Under the pieces are notes generated by a model. It did no database searches. It was not told the DNA's origin and saw only the letters and a list, made by a program, of their open reading frames with translations. From NCBI GenBank assembly GCA_963662335.2, contig CAXXVD010000002.1, forward strand, positions 288,001 through 352,000: a stretch of 64,000 bases of DNA, given 5' to 3'. Origin of the DNA: Chloroflexota bacterium (GTDB lineage Bacteria; Chloroflexota; UBA11872; VXOZ01). Position 1 is the first letter of the stretch. Each line of letters begins with the position of its first letter. The translations under genes and the position numbers were made by a program. Shown piece after piece: positions 58,893 to 64,000 of the stretch.

Positions 58893-59164
58893 AGTAAAGA
58901 CTGCTCTGCGCTGCACTTGGTTCACACACTATTTCCAGCGATATTGTCAACGAATTAGTCAACACTCACAGGGAGGAATGACGGCATGGTTTCCCTTTCC
59001 TTGACAGTTTCCCAGTGGATGTTGCCGTCAGGAGCGTCCGGCATTGTAGCCCGCGCGGCATACGCATATAATTGCCGCAATGCGTTATCTTGGCGCGGGC
59101 CGCAGCGAGTGCGACCGTTGTATCGCGCTTTGGCCGCGCCGCACTGCAAGGAGCGAATTTCCCC

Positions 59165-60205
59165 ATGAGTACCGCGCGCCGGGCCAGACTGGCCTTCATC
59201 GGCTGTGGCTCCTTTGCCACCGCCTCGATCTTTCCCCAGATTCAACTCATTCCCGAAATCGATCTCGTTGCCGTCTGCGACATCGAAGAAGAGAAGGCGC
59301 AGCGCAACGCCCGCAACTTCGGCGCGCGCCGTGTCTACACCGACATGGAAAAGATGCTGGATAGCGAAGAACTGGACGGCGTGTTCACCATTGGCCCGGC
59401 GCCGCAGCAGTACCGGCTTGCGCCGGTCGTGCTCCGGCGCGGCCTGCCGGTGTACGTGGAGAAGCCGTCGGCCAACACCTCGGCGGAGGCCAAGGAACTG
59501 GCCGAACTGGCCGAGGCCAACGGCACGTGGGGCCAGGTGGGCTTCATGAAGCGCTTTGCCGACGTCTACCGCATTGCCAAGGAAGTCATCGGCCGTCCCG
59601 AATTCGGCGGCCTGCACGTGCTCAAGGTCAAGTTCGGCCAGGGCAAGTACCCGCAAATCTGGGGCATCGACTCCGCTAAGCGCGCCTTTCTCATCGGCCA
59701 GTGCGTGCACATCTTCGACCTGGTGCGGTTCTTTGGCGGCGACGTGCGCGCCGTGAACGCGCTCTACTACGAGGTCGGCCCGCAGAACTTCTCCTATCTC
59801 ATCAACCTGGAGTTCGCGAACGGCACCGTCGGCCACATGGACATCAACACCCTCGATTCCAAGGTGGGGACCCGCGACATCATTGAGACGCTGGAACTCA
59901 TCGGCATGGAGACCCACGTGGTCTGCGAGGATATGATGAAGGTCAAGTACCAGCCGCAAGAGGCGTGGTCGGACGCGGCGCCGCGCCTGGGCCGGTACAA
60001 CTTCACCCTTGAACCCTCGTGGACCGGCCTGTCGATCAGCAAGCGCAACTTCGGCTACACCGGCGAGGTGGAGCACTTTGCCCGCCGCTGCCTGGGCGAG
60101 GTGAGCGCCGGCCCCGACCTCTGGGATAGCTACAAGGCGCTCACGTTTGGCGAGGCGGTGTACAAGAGTTCCCACGGCGGCGGCCGCGTGCTGGTGGAAC
60201 AGTAG
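59165..60205 (+). CDS. Gfo/Idh/MocA family oxidoreductase, paralog A
   Basis: IGCGSFA, VEKP, VGFMKRF, HIFD. Confidence 0.9.
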   Translation: MSTARRARLAFIGCGSFATASIFPQIQLIPEIDLVAVCDIEEEKAQRNARNFGARRVYTDMEKMLDSEELDGVFTIGPAPQQYRLAPVVLRRGLPVYVEKPSANTSAEAKELAELAEANGTWGQVGFMKRFADVYRIAKEVIGRPEFGGLHVLKVKFGQGKYPQIWGIDSAKRAFLIGQCVHIFDLVRFFGGDVRAVNALYYEVGPQNFSYLINLEFANGTVGHMDINTLDSKVGTRDIIETLELIGMETHVVCEDMMKVKYQPQEAWSDAAPRLGRYNFTLEPSWTGLSISKRNFGYTGEVEHFARRCLGEVSAGPDLWDSYKALTFGEAVYKSSHGGGRVLVEQ

Positions 60206-60317
60206 GCGCCCGCGCAGACGAATGCTCGGCTCTGCAGAATCTGGAAATTGTCGCTGCGCGCTGGGCAAGCCGGCCCCGCAGCGCGCAAGAGGCGGGGGAC
60301 AAGCCCCCGCGCTACGG

Positions 60318-60658
60318 CCGCACAAGGGAATGAAAACGCCCGCACATCTCTCCGTTCGTGCTGAGGGCTGCGCGAAGCCCGTGTCGAAGTATGAACGAAG
60401 AGAGGCGCGTTCGGAGTTGCTACCCGCTCAAGCCGCCGTTCACCCTTCGACGCCGCGAACGGCTTGCTAAACCTATATTCAGAGTTTTGACCGTGATCCC
60501 GCGCCGGCCACACGAGGGAATGGAAACGAACGCGCGTCTCTCCGTTCGTGTTGAGCGTGTCGAAGTATGAACGGAGCGAGGCGCGTTCGGAGTTGCTACC
60601 CGCTCAAGCCGCCGTTCACCCTTCGACGCCGCTCAGGGCGAACGGCTCAGTTGCGGCT
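60318..60658. repeat. Two tandem family C elements between the duplicated oxidoreductase genes
   Basis: Reverse-complement matches to 316-470. Confidence 0.8.
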
Positions 60659-60854
60659 ATTTTTGGAGTATTGACGGTTCAAGTTATTTCCTTAACCAGT
60701 AGGTGACATGCGTGTTGCGTGCACGCGGCATTGATGCGCTTGCATCCTGGGAATATAATTACCCCAATACTCTTGACGGTGCGAAAGGACTTTTCTCGAT
60801 CGTTGCCCCGCAAAGCAATTGCACCGTATCCGCCAATGCAAGGAGTGAACTCCC

Positions 60855-61895
60855 ATGAGTACCGAACGCCGCGCCAGACTGGCCTTCATCGGCTGCGGTT
60901 CTTTTGCCACCGCCTCGATCTTTCCCCAGATCCAGCTCATCCCTGAAATCGATCTCGTTGCCGTGTGCGACATCGAAGAGGAAAAGGCGCAGCGCAACGC
61001 CCGCAACTTCGGCGCGCGCCGCGTCTACACCGACATGCACAAGATGCTCGATACGGAAGAGTTGGACGGCGTCTTCACCATCGGCCCCGCGCCGCAGCAG
61101 TATGAACTCGCGCCGGTGGTGCTTAATCGCGGCCTGCCGGTCTACACCGAAAAGCCGTCGGCCAATACCTCGGCGGAAGCCAGAGAACTGGCCGAATTGG
61201 CGGAAGCCAAAGGGGTCTGGGGCCAGGTAGGCTTCATGAAGCGCTTCGCCGACGTGTACCTCATCGCCAAGGAGATCGTCTCCCGGCCCGAGTTCGGCGA
61301 CCTGCACGTGGTCAAGACCAAGTTCGGCCAGGGCAAGTACCCGCAGATTTGGGGCATCGATTCCGCCAAGCGGGCGTTTCTCATCGGCCAGTGCGTGCAC
61401 ATCTTCGACCTCATGCGCTTCTACGGCGGCGACGTGCAGGCCGTGAACGCGCTCTACCACGAGGTGGGCCCCCAGAACTTTGCCTACCTCATCAACGTGG
61501 AATTCACGAACGGCATGGTCGGCCAGATGGACATCAATACGCTCGATTCCAAGGTGGCCTTTCGCGACATCATCGAGAACCTGGAATTGATCGGCCTGGA
61601 GAAACACGTGGTCTGCGAGGACATGCTGAAGGTCACGTACCAGCCCTATGAGGAATGGACGCAGGAGAAGCCGCACCTGGGCCGCTACAACTATACCGTC
61701 GAACCCGCGTGGAATAGCATCGCGCGGAGCCAGATCAACTTCGGCTACACCGGCGAGGTGCGCCACTTCGCCCGCCGCTGCCTGGGCCTGGAAACCGGCG
61801 GCCCCGACCTGTGGGATAGCTACAAGTCGCTTACCTTCGGCGAGGCGGTGTACGAGAGTTCCCACGGCGGCGGCCGGGTGGAGGTCCAGCAGTAG
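60855..61895 (+). CDS. Gfo/Idh/MocA family oxidoreductase, paralog B
   Basis: Same length (346 aa) and colinear with paralog A. Confidence 0.9.
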   Translation: MSTERRARLAFIGCGSFATASIFPQIQLIPEIDLVAVCDIEEEKAQRNARNFGARRVYTDMHKMLDTEELDGVFTIGPAPQQYELAPVVLNRGLPVYTEKPSANTSAEARELAELAEAKGVWGQVGFMKRFADVYLIAKEIVSRPEFGDLHVVKTKFGQGKYPQIWGIDSAKRAFLIGQCVHIFDLMRFYGGDVQAVNALYHEVGPQNFAYLINVEFTNGMVGQMDINTLDSKVAFRDIIENLELIGLEKHVVCEDMLKVTYQPYEEWTQEKPHLGRYNYTVEPAWNSIARSQINFGYTGEVRHFARRCLGLETGGPDLWDSYKSLTFGEAVYESSHGGGRVEVQQ

Positions 61896-61994
61896 AATTG
61901 GCCGCTCGGTTGGGTAGGCGCTTAGTTGCCGGTCAGTGGAAAGTCAGTACAGGCAGCGTAGGCCCGTTGCGCAGGAGGTCTAGGCTCTTGCCGT

Positions 61995-62237
61995 TCACAC
62001 TTTCGTTCCGTACATTACGGAACTAGGCAGTCTCGGCTCGTAGTCTCTTCCGATCTCCTCGATTAAGTAGGGGCCGCGGCCAAACTTCTGAGCCGCCTGA
62101 TCGGCGGCGATTTGAAAGGTGTCGTACACTTCCAGGAACGTGTCGCCGCAGATGACGACCCACTTGCCTGGATGCTTGGCCTCAAGCTCGGCACGATTGT
62201 CTTCATATGTGGCGCATTCTCTATCCAGGATAGCCAT
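61995..62237 (-). CDS. Small DUF5678-like protein
   Basis: YEDNRAELEAKHPGKWVVI.GD..Y..F..A..FGRGPYLI; aggag RBS. Confidence 0.7.
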   Translation of the reverse strand: MAILDRECATYEDNRAELEAKHPGKWVVICGDTFLEVYDTFQIAADQAAQKFGRGPYLIEEIGRDYEPRLPSSVMYGTKV

Positions 62238-62690
62238 GAGAGCACTCCTCTTGCTCCTTGCGCGCCTTACCTTTAGACTACTAAATCCTACACCGGATTG
62301 TCCCCCGCTCACGGAGTGGCCCTTTGGCAAACCGCAAGCCGCGCATACGAACCGGCCCATGGCCGTTCGCGGCATCGCTGCAATGAGGGTTTACAATGGT
62401 ATTCTGACGAGAGAGTGCTATACTCTAGGAACGTGCGATGTGCGCAAGACTTACCGTCTTCGGCGGCTTGCAAGCGGCTGTACACGTAGGTGTTCTCATG
62501 GCCTGACCAAAGTCTGAACGTTAAGGTATGGTCCTCTGGTAAGCCAAAGCGTGGCAGACCATCATGCGATGCCACGCCACCAACTGAGGAATCCGCACGA
62601 CTCTCCTAAACTACACTGATCACTCCTGCGTGTTGTTTCCCCAAATTGCCACTGCGATCCACCTGGCGGAATTCGGCAGAGAAACCTACA

Positions 62691-63086
62691 ATGCAAGATG
62701 ACTCGTGGCCGATTTGGAGCATTAGCAAACGTGCCAGGTGGTTTTACTTTGGGTCGCTGTTCGTAGTTCTTGCTGTAGCCGTCTACATAAGCTGGAGAGA
62801 GTCGTCAACTTTCTTGGAGTTGTGGAGTAGAGTCTCGAACCTCACCCTATTGTCGGTGGTGGTAGCTCTATACGTCTCCGAGGTTCTAGGTGGAGGGTAC
62901 AGAGTGCTTGCCTCATTGTGGGAAGATTGGTGGCAAAAGAGAAAAGAGAAACAGCGCAAGCAGGCCGAGAACGAAATCGAGCAGGCTGGCGCGCAAAGGG
63001 TTCTTGCAAGAGCCAACGATCATGAACAACCGGACACTACAGATGGGGACGTGGGCAATGAATCAGCAGTCCAAGATGATGGCTAG
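62691..63086 (+). CDS. Hypothetical two-TM membrane protein with charged C-terminus
   Basis: Two hydrophobic stretches followed by a KRKEKQRKQ/acidic tail; lower-GC segment. Confidence 0.6.
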   Translation: MQDDSWPIWSISKRARWFYFGSLFVVLAVAVYISWRESSTFLELWSRVSNLTLLSVVVALYVSEVLGGGYRVLASLWEDWWQKRKEKQRKQAENEIEQAGAQRVLARANDHEQPDTTDGDVGNESAVQDDG

Positions 63087-63091
63087 CTACA

Positions 63092-63424
63092 ATGTCTGAC
63101 ACTGTTACTCTCTACGGCATATCCGGAACACCCTATCGCTATTGGATTGCGTCGATTAAGGCCTCCGCTTTCAAGGCAAAGCCGGGCAACTATGCATTTG
63201 CCAGGCTGACCCGGCGTAATGAATACTACGTCATATACGTGGGCGAGACTGCGGACTTCTCTACGCGATTCTATGGTCACCACGTGGCGCCATGTCTCAG
63301 AGCAAACGACGCCACGCACATTCTCACGCATACCAACTCGGAGGATAGGAGTGTGCGGGAACGCGAAGTGCTAGACTTGATCCCCGCACTCAGCCCACCA
63401 TGCAATAGTCTCCTAGACCCGTAA
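63092..63424 (+). CDS. Small GIY-YIG-like nuclease
   Basis: PGNYAF...IYVGET.DF..RF..H...E.DLI...PPCN pattern. Confidence 0.6.
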   Translation: MSDTVTLYGISGTPYRYWIASIKASAFKAKPGNYAFARLTRRNEYYVIYVGETADFSTRFYGHHVAPCLRANDATHILTHTNSEDRSVREREVLDLIPALSPPCNSLLDP

Positions 63425-63610
63425 AGGAAACTCGATGGAGGAACTGCGCAAAATGCCGCCAACTTGATTGTGTTGAATCTGGACTCGGCAACACGCTCTA
63501 GTTCAAAATAGAGGCGGCTCTAACTTTGGCGCGAGAGTCCAACTGCAAGATCACCGCAGTCGATGCCAAACTTAACCGCTCTTGACACACAGCAAGAAGG
63601 AGAGTGCCCT

Positions 63611-64000
63611 ATGGCAACCGCGCAACTGGTGACCCTGGCCCCGGAGCAGAAGCAGTTCTTCGATGACAACGGCTATCTGGTTTTGGAGGGCCTGTACGAC
63701 GCCGCTGAGATGGAAGAGATGCGGCGGGAGTTTCATGACCTCATCACCAATACCGACGGCCGCGCCGCGGCCATACGCTACAACTTCATGGAGCAGGCGG
63801 AGGGGTATCCCATCGACCCCTACAACCCCAAGAACGTGCAGGGCATCATGGACCAGCCGCTGGCGAGCGACTACTGGTTCAACAACGTCACCGATCCCCG
63901 CATCGTGAACGTCTTCATCGACCTCTTCGGCCCGGACATCGACTTTCACAACGGCAAGGTGCGCAACAACCCGCCGGGCTTCACCAATACCCAGGGCTGG
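63611..64000 (+). CDS. Phytanoyl-CoA dioxygenase (PhyH) family protein, 3' end outside window
   Basis: Manual translation MATAQLVTLAPEQKQFFDDNGYLVLEGL...DPRIVNVFIDLFGPD...PPG...W; aaggag RBS. Confidence 0.8.
   Translation, partial: MATAQLVTLAPEQKQFFDDNGYLVLEGLYDAAEMEEMRREFHDLITNTDGRAAAIRYNFMEQAEGYPIDPYNPKNVQGIMDQPLASDYWFNNVTDPRIVNVFIDLFGPDIDFHNGKVRNNPPGFTNTQGW

Noticed and set aside
63514-63580. attC-like hairpin after the small-gene islet
   Set aside because: Imperfect hairpin without the RYYYAAC...GTTRRRY boxes; no integron integrase and no repeated sites.

Overview
GC-rich bacterial chromosomal window, most consistent with Chloroflexota (inferred from the short EF-Ts, Tat-lipoprotein sugar-binding proteins and the many sulfatases, Gfo/Idh/MocA and PhyH enzymes). 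Core genes: livGFHM, rpsB-tsf-pyrH-frr-uppS-cdsA, lysC, argB, argC, ilvD, uppP and an inositol monophosphatase. They are interleaved with catabolic genes (a co-oriented cluster at 10.2-22.8 kb) and dense palindromic intergenic repeats. The most notable locus is 23.3-29.6 kb: three tandem ~2.1-kb units, each with its own sigma70-type promoter, a ~300-nt structured 5' leader showing compensatory base changes, a secreted Ig-like protein with a variable N-terminal domain and a conserved Cys-containing C-terminal domain, and a terminator. This looks like a diversifying surface-protein (possibly S-layer) array. Other points of interest: a ~195-bp MITE with an 11-bp GGG-N5-CCC target duplication that inserts into REP-like repeats; three two-gene modules in which the antitoxin-like gene is intact and the partner is only a short remnant; SD-like motifs without start codons inside several long leaders; and an HNH gene flanked by REP copies. 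No rRNA, tRNA, CRISPR array or intact transposase was seen. All calls are made by eye, without database searches.
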